Notes: generated by a model not told the origin, from the sequence alone. Shown: positions 1 through 9,250, counted from the first letter of the stretch. The stretch: 53,125 nucleotides of DNA from Oscillospiraceae bacterium (GCA_015063795.1 SVTL01000015.1:1-53125), one strand, 5' to 3'. Program-made: numbers and translations.

Positions 1-1
1 G

Positions 2-2953
2 GCGGCTCTTCAGATCGCCGGCGAGGGCAGTACCGTTATCATCAATGACGGTGAGTTCTGGGGCTGCGGCGGTGCTGACGTCATCGGCATCAACGGTCTG
101 AACGGCGGAAGCGTAAAGGAATACACCCTGCGTATCAACGCCGGCACCTTCGACACCTCCAAGACCGATAAGGAGCGCGTTCCCGACCGATGTGCGGGTG
201 TTGTGAACAGCGGTCCCTGGCCCTGGTCTCATTCAAACTGGATGTTGTGGGCGAACTGCCGCTGCATCCGGGATACTCTCCGCGGCAATATCGGCATCCC
301 CGCCGTGGACGGCTACGGCGAAAACGTGTTCAACACGAAAATGGTTCACGTCTATATCGACGATGAAGAGCCGGAGGACGAGTGCATTGACAATGCCGAT
401 CTGAATTTCCGCTATAAGAGCGACAGCGACACCATCATCGTAAAGCCCAGAGCGGAAAAGGATTACTGGCACACCGAAACCCATACATGGAACAATTATG
501 CCGATCGCGCTCACTATCAGATCTATGCCTATTTAAAGGGCGAGGAAATCGGCGGCAAAACGCTGTACTATGGACCGGCAGAAACCCCGACGCTTTTCTT
601 CTCCGCAGAATCCCATTACGATCTGACGGACGATGACAACCCCTATTTTGACAGAGGTCATCTGGCTATTTGTAATTGGATCCTGTACGAAGAGGATGAA
701 AACGGCAATTTGATAAACAGTTACCCGCGTACGAGTGCGCCCTTCAAAACGGAACACAGGGACGGACATACCATTTTCAATTTCAAGATCCCGCTGAGCT
801 ACTTCACGAATTATTCGGCGGTGGCGTGGGATGAAGATCATACATATTATATGGTCGCGTATATGGAGGAGCGTTTTGACAGTAACGTAAATAGCTACGA
901 GTCGCATTCCTATACGACCGGTGTTTTCCAGGACTGGGAGAATGGCATTTACGACGGCGACGGCGTTTATGACTTCTATTACAATATGGGGCTTGAGATC
1001 GTCTACGGCCAATCCCTTGCTACCTGCGGCGCAGAGGTTGTTTACAGCAACGCTATCTATAACAGCGATCCTGTACTGACCTTCAACGACGCGTTCAATG
1101 AAATGAAAGTGAACGGAACGGAAGTCTACCAGTGGCAGGTTCTTGAAGGCGATAAGTGGGTGGATCACGGAAATTACCAATACTCTCCCGAACTGGCTGT
1201 CGATGGGCTTCTTAAGCACCAGGGCGTAACCGGCAAGCAGGTGCGTCTGAAGATCACCCCCGAGTACGGCGATGAGCGCCCGATCTACTCCAACGCCTGC
1301 ACGGTGCTGAAGGATCAGAATACGCGCTGGCCCACCTTGGGCAACTTTAGCTGGAAAGCAGACTCTGACCATTCCGGAAAATATTGTTTAAACACGAATA
1401 CCTTTAACGACTGGCTGGAATTGCTGATCTATCCCTATGACTCCGACCGCGATCTTTCCACGCTGGATTGGAGCAAAGCCATAAGCCCGTCCGGAGACGG
1501 ACCTGTTGTGTTCGATGATCTGGAGATCGGCGTCTATACCGTTTATGCGCGCTTCAAGGAAACGGAAGATTACGAAGCGGGCACCGAGATCGGATACAGC
1601 AAAGCGGTCGTTGGCCCGTACACGGCGCCCACCGGCACAAACATACTCTATGAAGGAAAGCCTGTTACGGAGATCTTCGTAAAGAAGGGCGAGACCTTTG
1701 AACTTACGGTTGGTCCCGTTCCCGCGAACGCAACGCTGAACAGCACGAACGTAACGACATGGCTGCCCGATACGGAAAAGAGCAATATCCTTCAATACTA
1801 CACCGGCAGTAATGGTCTCTATGCACCCTTTAACAAATCCCGTAGCGGAAGAACGATTGAGTTCATGGCTGATCAATTGGGTTATGTCACCATCAACGCC
1901 CAAACAACGCTTGCAGACGGCAAGAGCTCTACTGAACCCATAACCGTTCGTGTCGTTCCGGAGAACTATATCCCTTACACGGTTTCGGTCGTGAACAGAG
2001 GTGCAAAAGTGGAAGAAGGCGGCTCGTTTACGCCGCAGGTGGCACTGCACGCCCGCGTTGAGATGCTGAAACAGCGCCGTGCAACCAAGTTTGAAGCCGA
2101 GGATCTTTTGGACAGCGAGATCAAAACACAGCTGCAAAGCGATACGATCAAGAAACAGCTGAGAGACAGGCTCATGTGGGCTTTGGTGAATCCTATTCCT
2201 CAGCTCGGCAGTCCGATGTACACCGAAAGCACCGCCAAGGCGAGCATCAATACCACAACCGGTAAGATCACGCTCAAAGACGCCGCTGTGGCAGGGAATG
2301 TGATCCGCTTTGTGGGAATCCTGAATGATCCTTATCTCGGAAAAATCACGATTCCCGGTTCCTTCACCGTCGTTGCCGCACCGGAACCCGAGCCTCACAC
2401 CTGTGATTACGAGGGCTATTCCGTCATAGAGGGCAACATGGGCGCGCATTACCGCGTGTGCGAATGCGGCAAGAAGAAAACGGAAACGCACAGCTTCACG
2501 GAGTTCACCTCTGAGGCTGCCAATCAGGCGGTAAGCAAATACGTATGTCCCTGCGGATTCTCTTACAGCAAGACCGCCGATGCTCCCGCACCGATACACG
2601 TTCATACGCTTGAATACGCTTACGACCATTACAACCACTGGCAGATCTGCACCGATGAAGACTGTACCGATGCCGATTTCTCCATCCTTGCTCCTCACAG
2701 CTTCACACCTCTGAGCGATGAAGAAAGCGGCACGGAAGGCTATGTTTGCAGCATCTGCAAGTATGTAAAGACTCACTTGCAGGGCGACACCAACGGCGAC
2801 GGTGCTGTGGATGTTCTGGATCTTCTTCGCGCGAAGATCATGCTCACCGCAGGCGACGGAACGCTTGAAGAAACGCTGGCGGCGGATATCAACGAAAACG
2901 GTACACTGGATGCAGACGATCTGATCCTTCTGCTGAAGGAAATTCTCGGTTGA
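2..2953 (+). CDS. Large secreted dockerin-bearing (cellulosomal) protein, 5'-partial; Cys/His-rich repeats precede a C-terminal type-I dockerin
   Basis: The frame is open from window base 2 with no stop, so the gene continues upstream. The C-terminus GDTNGDGAVDVLDLL...AADINENGTLDADDLILL is a duplicated Ca-binding dockerin motif. Three CxC/HSFT modules precede it. Confidence 0.85.
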   Translation, partial: AALQIAGEGSTVIINDGEFWGCGGADVIGINGLNGGSVKEYTLRINAGTFDTSKTDKERVPDRCAGVVNSGPWPWSHSNWMLWANCRCIRDTLRGNIGIPAVDGYGENVFNTKMVHVYIDDEEPEDECIDNADLNFRYKSDSDTIIVKPRAEKDYWHTETHTWNNYADRAHYQIYAYLKGEEIGGKTLYYGPAETPTLFFSAESHYDLTDDDNPYFDRGHLAICNWILYEEDENGNLINSYPRTSAPFKTEHRDGHTIFNFKIPLSYFTNYSAVAWDEDHTYYMVAYMEERFDSNVNSYESHSYTTGVFQDWENGIYDGDGVYDFYYNMGLEIVYGQSLATCGAEVVYSNAIYNSDPVLTFNDAFNEMKVNGTEVYQWQVLEGDKWVDHGNYQYSPELAVDGLLKHQGVTGKQVRLKITPEYGDERPIYSNACTVLKDQNTRWPTLGNFSWKADSDHSGKYCLNTNTFNDWLELLIYPYDSDRDLSTLDWSKAISPSGDGPVVFDDLEIGVYTVYARFKETEDYEAGTEIGYSKAVVGPYTAPTGTNILYEGKPVTEIFVKKGETFELTVGPVPANATLNSTNVTTWLPDTEKSNILQYYTGSNGLYAPFNKSRSGRTIEFMADQLGYVTINAQTTLADGKSSTEPITVRVVPENYIPYTVSVVNRGAKVEEGGSFTPQVALHARVEMLKQRRATKFEAEDLLDSEIKTQLQSDTIKKQLRDRLMWALVNPIPQLGSPMYTESTAKASINTTTGKITLKDAAVAGNVIRFVGILNDPYLGKITIPGSFTVVAAPEPEPHTCDYEGYSVIEGNMGAHYRVCECGKKKTETHSFTEFTSEAANQAVSKYVCPCGFSYSKTADAPAPIHVHTLEYAYDHYNHWQICTDEDCTDADFSILAPHSFTPLSDEESGTEGYVCSICKYVKTHLQGDTNGDGAVDVLDLLRAKIMLTAGDGTLEETLAADINENGTLDADDLILLLKEILG

Positions 2954-3176
2954 AGTCAAGGCCTGAGACCGTTTCTTTGAAGCTGCCTGCCATGCCGGTC
3001 CGAATTGACCGCTTGTCTGCAAAAATTCAAAAAAAAAATATGGCAAAAGGATCCGCATTCTCTGAAGAGGGGGAGCCCCGTCTCCCCTTCTTCTCAAAGT
3101 CCTTCTCCGTGGGTGTGTGAGAAGGATTTCGAGAAGAAGCCATCTTCAAAATATCTTGATACAGGAGGCATGGATT

Positions 3177-3620
3177 ATGGACTATACAGGCAAATGGGTG
3201 TTTCATTCCATTGGTACGGTGAACGATTCAGATGAACTGGTGTACCTCAGTGCAGAGGAATATCTGAACGCACCGATGCCGTATGTTGATGAATCGGACA
3301 AGGAAGCCGTGGCAGACGAGATGAAGGAGAGACGGCAGATGATCGGCGGGCAGATCGCTGTGTGCGGGGACGGCAAGCTGTATATGCTGATGCCTCTGCC
3401 CGAAAAGGTTTCCCAAGAGGAGATCGACGAGGCTGTCAAGGCGGGCATCATCAAGCTGTTCGACGGCATGATGGCCGATGAGCCGAAGGCATGGGAAGAA
3501 CGGGACGGCGCGCTGTGGCTGGAGGTCGGCGAGGGGATGAGCGAGGACGGATGGGTGAAGCTCTCCGATGGCGACGGGTATCTTACCTTTGCGACCGCCC
3601 GCTATGTGAAAGCGGAATAA
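3177..3620 (+). CDS. Hypothetical acidic cytoplasmic protein (147 aa)
   Basis: ATG at 3177 has AGGAGG 8 nt upstream. The ORF-track start at 3117 lacks an SD. No recognisable domain. Confidence 0.6.
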   Translation: MDYTGKWVFHSIGTVNDSDELVYLSAEEYLNAPMPYVDESDKEAVADEMKERRQMIGGQIAVCGDGKLYMLMPLPEKVSQEEIDEAVKAGIIKLFDGMMADEPKAWEERDGALWLEVGEGMSEDGWVKLSDGDGYLTFATARYVKAE

Positions 3621-3629
3621 GGCGGCATT

Positions 3630-3842
3630 TTGAAAAAGCTTTTGTTGATTTTCGGCATTCTGATCCTCATTTCCGGCGCTATCGCTTTGGTATTCTCCGC
3701 CCTGCAAGGATACGGCTATTTTCATTTGCTGGACGGAGACGCCGATCTGTATATCCGACTGCACAGGAGAATGATCCTGTTTTTTGTGATCGGAATTGTT
3801 CTTTCGTTGCTGGGGATCTTGTGCATGATCATTCGCAGATGA
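3630..3842 (+). CDS. Small two-TM membrane protein (70 aa)
   Basis: TTG start. Two hydrophobic helices flank a short loop. Weak support. Confidence 0.35.
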   Translation: MKKLLLIFGILILISGAIALVFSALQGYGYFHLLDGDADLYIRLHRRMILFFVIGIVLSLLGILCMIIRR

Positions 3843-3919
3843 CCTTTTGAAAATTTGAATCTTTCTCTGCAGGCAAAGCAAACGAAAATGCGGCAGAGAG
3901 CCAATCAGGAGGAAAAAAG

Positions 3920-4531
3920 ATGAGTATTTTTGATTCATTAAAAAGCGCGGCGCTCTCCGCACTCAAAAGAGAGTCGAGAAAAGCGGTGACCAATGCGGTA
4001 AACACCGCTGTTCAGAACATCGGAAAAGGCAGAAATCACACGGAAAGATTTACATTCACCGCACTTCCGACCAATGTGGACGAGCTGAAAGCGCTTCCCG
4101 AGGCCAAGATGGACACCGCCTTCAAGACGACCGCTCTGACGATCCTTGCACTCAGCCGATACGAAGCCGATCCCGAAGCCACCTTTGCGATGCTTTCTTT
4201 TCTGAAGGGGCCCGAAGAATTCAGCACCAGCGAAAAGAGCTTTATGAAGGACCGTCTGAAGGACAAGGAATATAAAGTGCGTTCCTTCTTTGAGGGCGCA
4301 AAGCCGGAGAATGACTATACGCCGAATAAGCCCTATGTCGTTTCGGTGATCGAGAATCCGTATTCGTTCGACAATGAAAACTGGGCAACGCTTTATGTGA
4401 CCAGCGGCGGCGCGGATCATCCCAGAAACATCAAGCTGCGCAAAAAGCCCTCCACCGGCCAGTGGTTCTTAAACGACATTCAGTGCCTCGGAGACATCCG
4501 CCTTCCGAAGTCCGAGGACAAATGGGCGTAA
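3920..4531 (+). CDS. Hypothetical protein (203 aa)
   Basis: SD caGGAGGaaaaaagATG. N-terminal amphipathic helix. No recognised family. Confidence 0.65.
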   Translation: MSIFDSLKSAALSALKRESRKAVTNAVNTAVQNIGKGRNHTERFTFTALPTNVDELKALPEAKMDTAFKTTALTILALSRYEADPEATFAMLSFLKGPEEFSTSEKSFMKDRLKDKEYKVRSFFEGAKPENDYTPNKPYVVSVIENPYSFDNENWATLYVTSGGADHPRNIKLRKKPSTGQWFLNDIQCLGDIRLPKSEDKWA

Positions 4532-4536
4532 GCGGT

Positions 4537-4968
4537 ATGAACATGGATCTGTTTGACAGCGGATCGTTTCAAATCGCCGTGCCCGATGGCTGGATAGCCT
4601 TCTGCGGCATTGACAGCGAATGCAGGACAACGCAGAAGAAGGTACATATTTTCAAGGAAGCGAAGCTTGAAACCGACATTTTCACCCATGCCGGCATCAC
4701 GGTCTGCTTTTTCAGCAAGGAGGATTTTTATCTGTCTCCCAAGTTTTTCTACGACGATGTTGTCGACATGGAGCCGTTCACCCTCGGCGCTTACACATGG
4801 GACGGCTATACCTGTACAAGTTTCGGCTATCCCTATACGATGCTGGAAGCAAGGCAGGACGGCTGTGTCTTTCAGGTGATGATCCTCACCAAAAACGGCG
4901 AACATGAGATCTCGCTTGCGGATGCGGACGTACAAGCCATATTAACAAGTCTTACACAAACGAACTGA
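4537..4968 (+). CDS. Hypothetical protein (143 aa, MNMDLFDSG...)
   Basis: In-frame ATG lies 6 nt after the upstream stop, which suggests translational coupling. The ORF-track start at 4462 overlaps the preceding gene. Confidence 0.45.
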   Translation: MNMDLFDSGSFQIAVPDGWIAFCGIDSECRTTQKKVHIFKEAKLETDIFTHAGITVCFFSKEDFYLSPKFFYDDVVDMEPFTLGAYTWDGYTCTSFGYPYTMLEARQDGCVFQVMILTKNGEHEISLADADVQAILTSLTQTN

Positions 4969-4980
4969 CAAGGAGGTAAC

Positions 4981-5742
4981 ATGATGGCAAAACATACCTG
5001 TGCAATCTGCGGAGCAGAAGTCGGTCTGCTCACCGAACAGAAGCTGGCGGACGGCAATTTCATCTGCCGCAAGCTCTGCGTAAAAAAATGCATGAAGCTC
5101 TTCAACAAGGTCGAAGCCACGCTTGATTCGGTCAATTCCCATATCGAGCAGGTGGAATTCGGCACAAAGGTCTGGAATCAGATCTTCGTTCCGCTGACAA
5201 AAACGAAGGTCAAGGAAGAAAAACTGAAGCGGTTCGGAAAGAACGGCGAGCTGTATGTCTCTCCCTCCACAGGCCTTATTGCACTCACCGAAAACCGCTA
5301 TAAGATCTTTATCTTCGGCAAATCCACCATCGCCTGCGTTTACCGTCTCGCGGATCTGTACGGCTACGATTACGATTCCGAAACGGTAAAAAATTCCGAG
5401 GGCAAGGAAGAAACCAAGCATTATTGTGTGCTCATGTTCCACAACACGCCCGGACTGTATGAGGTCCGTCTGGAGGTCCGCGCCCGCGAATATGAAGACA
5501 TGGAAAAGCATTTCAACACCCTTTTCGGGATTCAGAAGACGCTTCGCAACATCGGCAATACCTTCAGGCAGCAGATGAATGCCGCAAAAGCAGTGGCAGG
5601 CGCATTCAAGGCAGCGAAAGACGGCACGTTGGATGAAGCGCAGGCGGAAGCGACCGCGGATGCGCTGGACGCAGCTCAGTATGGCGACAGAAGTGAATGG
5701 ATCGCCAAAGCGGATGCGGCACTGGCAACGATCGCCAAATAA
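4981..5742 (+). CDS. Zinc-ribbon-containing hypothetical protein (CxxC...CxxxC N-terminus, Ala-rich helical C-terminus)
   Basis: SD AGGAGG sits before tandem ATGs at 4981 and 4984. N-terminus MMAKHTCAICGAEVGL...FICRKLC. Confidence 0.65.
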   Translation: MMAKHTCAICGAEVGLLTEQKLADGNFICRKLCVKKCMKLFNKVEATLDSVNSHIEQVEFGTKVWNQIFVPLTKTKVKEEKLKRFGKNGELYVSPSTGLIALTENRYKIFIFGKSTIACVYRLADLYGYDYDSETVKNSEGKEETKHYCVLMFHNTPGLYEVRLEVRAREYEDMEKHFNTLFGIQKTLRNIGNTFRQQMNAAKAVAGAFKAAKDGTLDEAQAEATADALDAAQYGDRSEWIAKADAALATIAK

Positions 5743-5812
5743 TCGATTCAGACAGCAGACAGGGCGATGGAGCGGAATGTTCCCTCGCCCTCTCATGCCA
5801 AAGGAGAAACAT

Positions 5813-7147
5813 ATGAAACGAAGAACCGTTCTGTTTGTCGGATTGCTCCTGATCCTGTGCCAGCTTGTCGGCTGTCAGGCTGAACGCACGCCCGATGAAG
5901 CAGAAGCTTATCAAAGCAGCGCAGAGAAAACAGAAACAGACGAGGGAGGGAACGATCCCATGATGCCGTCCGCACAACGGTCTGCCGCAGACCATATCAG
6001 CCTGACCAAGACCTTTGCTCAGCAATCTGAATGGGACGGCGAAACCCTGCTGGCGTTGAGCGAATACTCTGTTGTGGCTCTGCATGAAGAAAGCGCCCGA
6101 ATGTATCCCGCTCTGGCCGAAACGCTGGAACAGACAAAGAACATGACAGTGCGCTCGATGGAGGACGAGTTTGACAATCTTCTTTCCACAGCAAAAGAGG
6201 AGCGGAATCGTCTCGGCGCGGACAGCTTTGTGACAAAAACCTCCACTCTTGATGTACAGATCCGCCGCGCCGACAGTGTGGCGGTCAGTCTGCTGTCGGA
6301 TTCCTTTCTGGTGTACGGCAACATCAACGACCGCTATGTGAACGGAACGACATACGATACGAAAACCGGAAAGCAGCTGATGCTCACCGATGTGATCAAG
6401 GACATGAGCAAGATCCCCGCCATCGTGAAAAAGGAGCTGACCTCCCACACATGGAAGGGCGACCTTCTCTCGGCAAGCGCTGTGGAGGAGTATTTTCTCA
6501 ACACGCCCGCAGACGGCATTGCATGGACGCTTGACTCTGACGGCGTGACCTTCTATTTCAAAAACGGCGATGTGGCTCAGATCGGTCGGAACGGACGATT
6601 GGCGGCAACGGTGTCCTTTGCACAGTACCCTGATCTGTTTGAAGAAACCTACACGGCTGTCCCCGATTCATACATGGTAGAGCTTCCTCTCGCACATCCG
6701 TTTTACACCGATCTTGACGGCGACGGCGATCCGGAAGAGCTGACTGTCACTCCCGTCCTTGATGAAAGCGGTCTGCTTTACGGATCCTTTGATGTTTACA
6801 CCGACATGGATGCAGAGCATTACCATGCGGATTTTTCCGCGGATACGCTTTACCGCACCGGCGGCTATCATCCGTATTACATCAAAACCGCGGACGGACG
6901 GCATTATCTGTACGTTTTCGCGGAAGGAAGCGAGCTGGCGTCAAGGGACATGACGCTTCGTGTGATCGACATCACCGACGGAACGTTCAAGGAAGCCGGT
7001 GATCTGCACATCGCTCCCGGATCGATTCCGATTGACACCTCCTATGCGTTGACCGATCCGGACAACATGATGCTGGAGCATTTTGAAACGCAGCAGCAAA
7101 CCGCGGCTTACCGCGTGGGAAGCGACGGAATGCCTGTACTGAAATAA
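5813..7147 (+). CDS. Lipoprotein (444 aa) with a possible DUF4163/DUF3298 (RsiV/PdaC-like) extracellular domain
   Basis: AGGAG SD, then MKRRTVLFVGLLLILCQLVGC with a lipobox LVGC. The upstream part of the 522-aa track ORF has no SD. Confidence 0.7.
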   Translation: MKRRTVLFVGLLLILCQLVGCQAERTPDEAEAYQSSAEKTETDEGGNDPMMPSAQRSAADHISLTKTFAQQSEWDGETLLALSEYSVVALHEESARMYPALAETLEQTKNMTVRSMEDEFDNLLSTAKEERNRLGADSFVTKTSTLDVQIRRADSVAVSLLSDSFLVYGNINDRYVNGTTYDTKTGKQLMLTDVIKDMSKIPAIVKKELTSHTWKGDLLSASAVEEYFLNTPADGIAWTLDSDGVTFYFKNGDVAQIGRNGRLAATVSFAQYPDLFEETYTAVPDSYMVELPLAHPFYTDLDGDGDPEELTVTPVLDESGLLYGSFDVYTDMDAEHYHADFSADTLYRTGGYHPYYIKTADGRHYLYVFAEGSELASRDMTLRVIDITDGTFKEAGDLHIAPGSIPIDTSYALTDPDNMMLEHFETQQQTAAYRVGSDGMPVLK

Positions 7148-7160
7148 AGAGGATTCTTCT

Positions 7161-7820
7161 ATGTATTATTCCAAAAATCACGGAGAACTGGTTTTCATCG
7201 ACCGTGGTATGGGGGAACTTGAGTTTAGCGGTAAGGGCGGCATCCGGCGGGAAGATACCGAGATATGGAATCCGGTCGAGAACTGGAAGGACGTTTTCAC
7301 GACAGTGACGGTTTGTGAGGATATCACGGAGCTTTACGCAGGCGTTCTCGAACAGTTTCCGAACGTGAAAAAACTGAATCTGCCGAAATCTCTGAGGTGC
7401 ATTGACATGACCGATGCACTGAAAATGCTTCTTCACACAAACGATGTGCTCGTACATGCGGCTTACGGATCATACGGCGACGCTTTCGCACAGGAGCACG
7501 GACTGCGGTTCCTGCCGGAGAATATCGAGCTCGGATGGCACCGGGACGAGTCGCATGACGAAAGTACGAAGCTGGTACTGCGCTTTTACGAAGACGGCAC
7601 GACGGATATCCTCATCGATGTTTTCACCACAGGCATCTCGGCAGGCTCGAGCGGCGGCGCATCTCTGGATCGACCGATGCCGGAGGATTATTATCCGGGA
7701 TGCACTCTTGACGAGTTTGCAGATATGTTCCCGGCTCGGTATCATGAGCAGATCATGAGCAATCCCGAAGTGAAAGTATTTCTGCAGCGTGAATCCAAAC
7801 GTAAAAATAAATCGGAATAA
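7161..7820 (+). CDS. Hypothetical protein (219 aa)
   Basis: SD aaagAGGA 7 nt before the ATG. No recognised domain. Confidence 0.6.
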   Translation: MYYSKNHGELVFIDRGMGELEFSGKGGIRREDTEIWNPVENWKDVFTTVTVCEDITELYAGVLEQFPNVKKLNLPKSLRCIDMTDALKMLLHTNDVLVHAAYGSYGDAFAQEHGLRFLPENIELGWHRDESHDESTKLVLRFYEDGTTDILIDVFTTGISAGSSGGASLDRPMPEDYYPGCTLDEFADMFPARYHEQIMSNPEVKVFLQRESKRKNKSE

Positions 7821-7828
7821 ACGAAAGG

Positions 7829-8082
7829 GGGATACCGAATGGCAGACAACAGGAAAAACGGACGATACTTCATTCCAATGATCTCCATGGAGATTTTTTG
7901 CGGAAAAAGCAGATGACCGTCTGATTGGCGGAGTTTCCCGTTTGTCGGGATATGTGAATCAGACACGCAGGGATGAACCAAATACGATTTACTGCATTGC
8001 CGGAGATATGTTTCGAGGTTCGGTGATTGATTCCGAAGTCCGCGGCGTTTCTACCATTGAAATCATGAATATGATATTATGA
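7829..8082 (+). pseudogene. Remnant of a 5'-nucleotidase/metallophosphoesterase N-terminus (frameshifted, no start codon, truncated)
   Basis: Frame 2 reads ...RTILHSNDLHGDFL and then stops. Frame 1 continues DRLIGGVSRL...NTIYCIAGDMFRGSVIDSEVRGVSTIEIMN and then stops. These are the metallophosphatase NDxHG and GDxxxG motifs. Confidence 0.55.
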
Positions 8083-8307
8083 TATCTCCGGATGTGGTCT
8101 TTTTTGCCACACCTCCGATCGACGGTGTGTTTCAGGAATACGTCGCTCACGAAGCGGAGCTGTGCTTCAAGCTTCCGGAAAAGTGAATCTGAAAGGGATC
8201 GTGACCGACGTATTCGATCTGGACGATGTCCAAACGGCCATGGATCACAGCATAAGCAACAAAGCGGATATCGTCAAGGCGGTTATCCGAATCGCAAAGG
8301 ATGCTTG
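8083..8307 (+). pseudogene. Remnants of a zinc-type MDR alcohol/polyol dehydrogenase (central fragment joined to C-terminal fragment, Rossmann domain deleted)
   Basis: Two fragments: ISPDVVFFATPPIDGVFQEYVAHEAELCFKLPEK* and LKGIVTDVFDLDDVQTAMDHSISNKADIVKAVIRI*. They match the substrate-entry region and the C-terminal strand of MDR dehydrogenases. Confidence 0.5.
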
Positions 8308-8318
8308 AAACAAAAAAG

Positions 8319-8402
8319 CAATCCCTTTCCACTTCGGTGGGCGAGGGATTGTTTTTTATAAAAAAGCTCTCTGCTCTTCTCAGCAGAGAGTTCTTTTTTT
8401 TA
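8319..8402. terminator. Two consecutive hairpin terminators; the second is bidirectional (A-run/hairpin/T-run)
   Basis: Hairpin caatccct...agggattg followed by TTTTTT. Then AAAAAA, hairpin gctctctgct...agcagagag, and TTTTTTTT. Confidence 0.7.
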
Positions 8403-8415
8403 TGCTTTTATGCCT

Positions 8416-8646
8416 TCAATCCTCCTCCAACAGCTTGGAGGGGGATATGTTTAATACCTGCGCAATCTTGAACAGCGTCTCCAGCGAAACACCGCGAACC
8501 GTTCCGGTGCCCTCGACTTGTCCTAAGAAATTCACGCTTTTATCGATCATTTCCGCGAAAGCTTCTTGTGTGTAGCCTGCCTTTTTTCGATAATAAGCGA
8601 TTTTCAAACCCAATGTAATATATTTATCTGCAAACTCTGTTTTCAT
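8416..8646 (-). CDS. XRE-family HTH transcriptional regulator (76 aa)
   Basis: Cro/C1-type HTH (GYTQEAFAEMIDKSVNFLGQVE). SD AGGGGG 8 nt upstream. Confidence 0.8.
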   Translation of the reverse strand: MKTEFADKYITLGLKIAYYRKKAGYTQEAFAEMIDKSVNFLGQVEGTGTVRGVSLETLFKIAQVLNISPSKLLEED

Positions 8647-8695
8647 TCTATCGCCCCCTGTATAGTTATAGTTTACAGGGAAACGAGAAAAATTA

Positions 8696-8727
8696 TTACT
8701 TTCCTAAAGTAAAAGATTATTTACTTT
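8696..8727. promoter_or_regulatory. Operator-like inverted repeat TTACTTTcctAAAGTAA plus a third TTACTTT half-site, upstream of the XRE-76 gene
   Basis: Perfect 7-bp inverted repeat with a 3-bp spacer at 8696-8712, repeated half-site at 8721-8727. TGTATAAT -10-like box at 8742-8749. Confidence 0.45.
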
Positions 8728-8788
8728 AAATCAATGATAATGTATAATAGGTGATGAATCATTTAACTGAGGTTAAAAAAAACAAAAA

Positions 8789-8841
8789 CCTGCTGTTTCA
8801 TCGGTCATCGCACGATTGAAGAAAAGAAAAAAACTCACTGT
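8789..8841 (+). repeat. Copy A of a ~53-nt direct repeat: frameshifted 5' coding fragment of a SLOG/DUF1273 gene (TCCFIGHRTIEEKKK...)
   Basis: About 95 % identical to copy B at 9365-9416. Homologous at protein level to the N-terminus of the intact gene at 9750. Confidence 0.75.
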
Positions 8842-8878
8842 GATTTTCCGAATACAGAGAGTTTTTCATGCGCATGAA

Positions 8879-9214
8879 TTATTTATTTCTTAAAACAGCC
8901 TTTGTGGTTTTGATAACCTCCGCAAGGGACTTGAGTTCTTCCGCAGAGCAATCCGAAAGAATATCGTCAATCAACTTCATGGAAACATGATTGCTCTTGA
9001 CTAAGCTGCCATATGCGATTTCGTCAAGAGTTACACCAAGCGCGTTTGCGATATTAACTAATGTGGGCAAGCTCAGTTTGGTTGCCGCACGTTCGATATG
9101 AGAAATGTTGGACGGCTCAATGCCGGATTCTTCTGCAAGCTTTGCTTGCGTCCATCCTTTTGCAGTACGAATCTCTTTGATTCTGCTGCCGATCGAAATA
9201 TAATCAATCCCCAT
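8879..9214 (-). CDS. XRE-family HTH regulator (112 aa) with a C-terminal helical extension
   Basis: Start MGIDYISIGSRIKEIRTAKGWTQAKLAEESG with SD GAGGTG 7 nt upstream. The track start MYIIL at 9283 has no SD. Confidence 0.75.
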   Translation of the reverse strand: MGIDYISIGSRIKEIRTAKGWTQAKLAEESGIEPSNISHIERAATKLSLPTLVNIANALGVTLDEIAYGSLVKSNHVSMKLIDDILSDCSAEELKSLAEVIKTTKAVLRNK

Positions 9215-9250
9215 GGAATTCACCTCATCATTTGCACTGAAGTTATTGTA

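Noticed and set aside
533-3097. Long minus-strand ORFs (279 aa and 569 aa) antisense to the dockerin protein gene
   Set aside because: High-GC antisense artefacts. They have no SD or domain signal, and the plus-strand frame has clear dockerin and domain content. The same reasoning applies to the other long antisense ORFs at 3228-3962, 4942-5796, 5606-6448, 11175-12410, 14445-15959, 16483-17217, 17221-18279, 19759-21342, 22205-23326, 37101-38399, 38448-39311, 41049-42869, 43677-44723, 46344-47255, 47418-48179 and 48446-50050.
3005-3235. 76-aa ORF (MTACLQKFKKK...) between the dockerin gene and the next CDS
   Set aside because: It overlaps a 12-bp-stem hairpin and an A-run. There is no SD and the composition is low-complexity. 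It is probably a non-coding 3' region.
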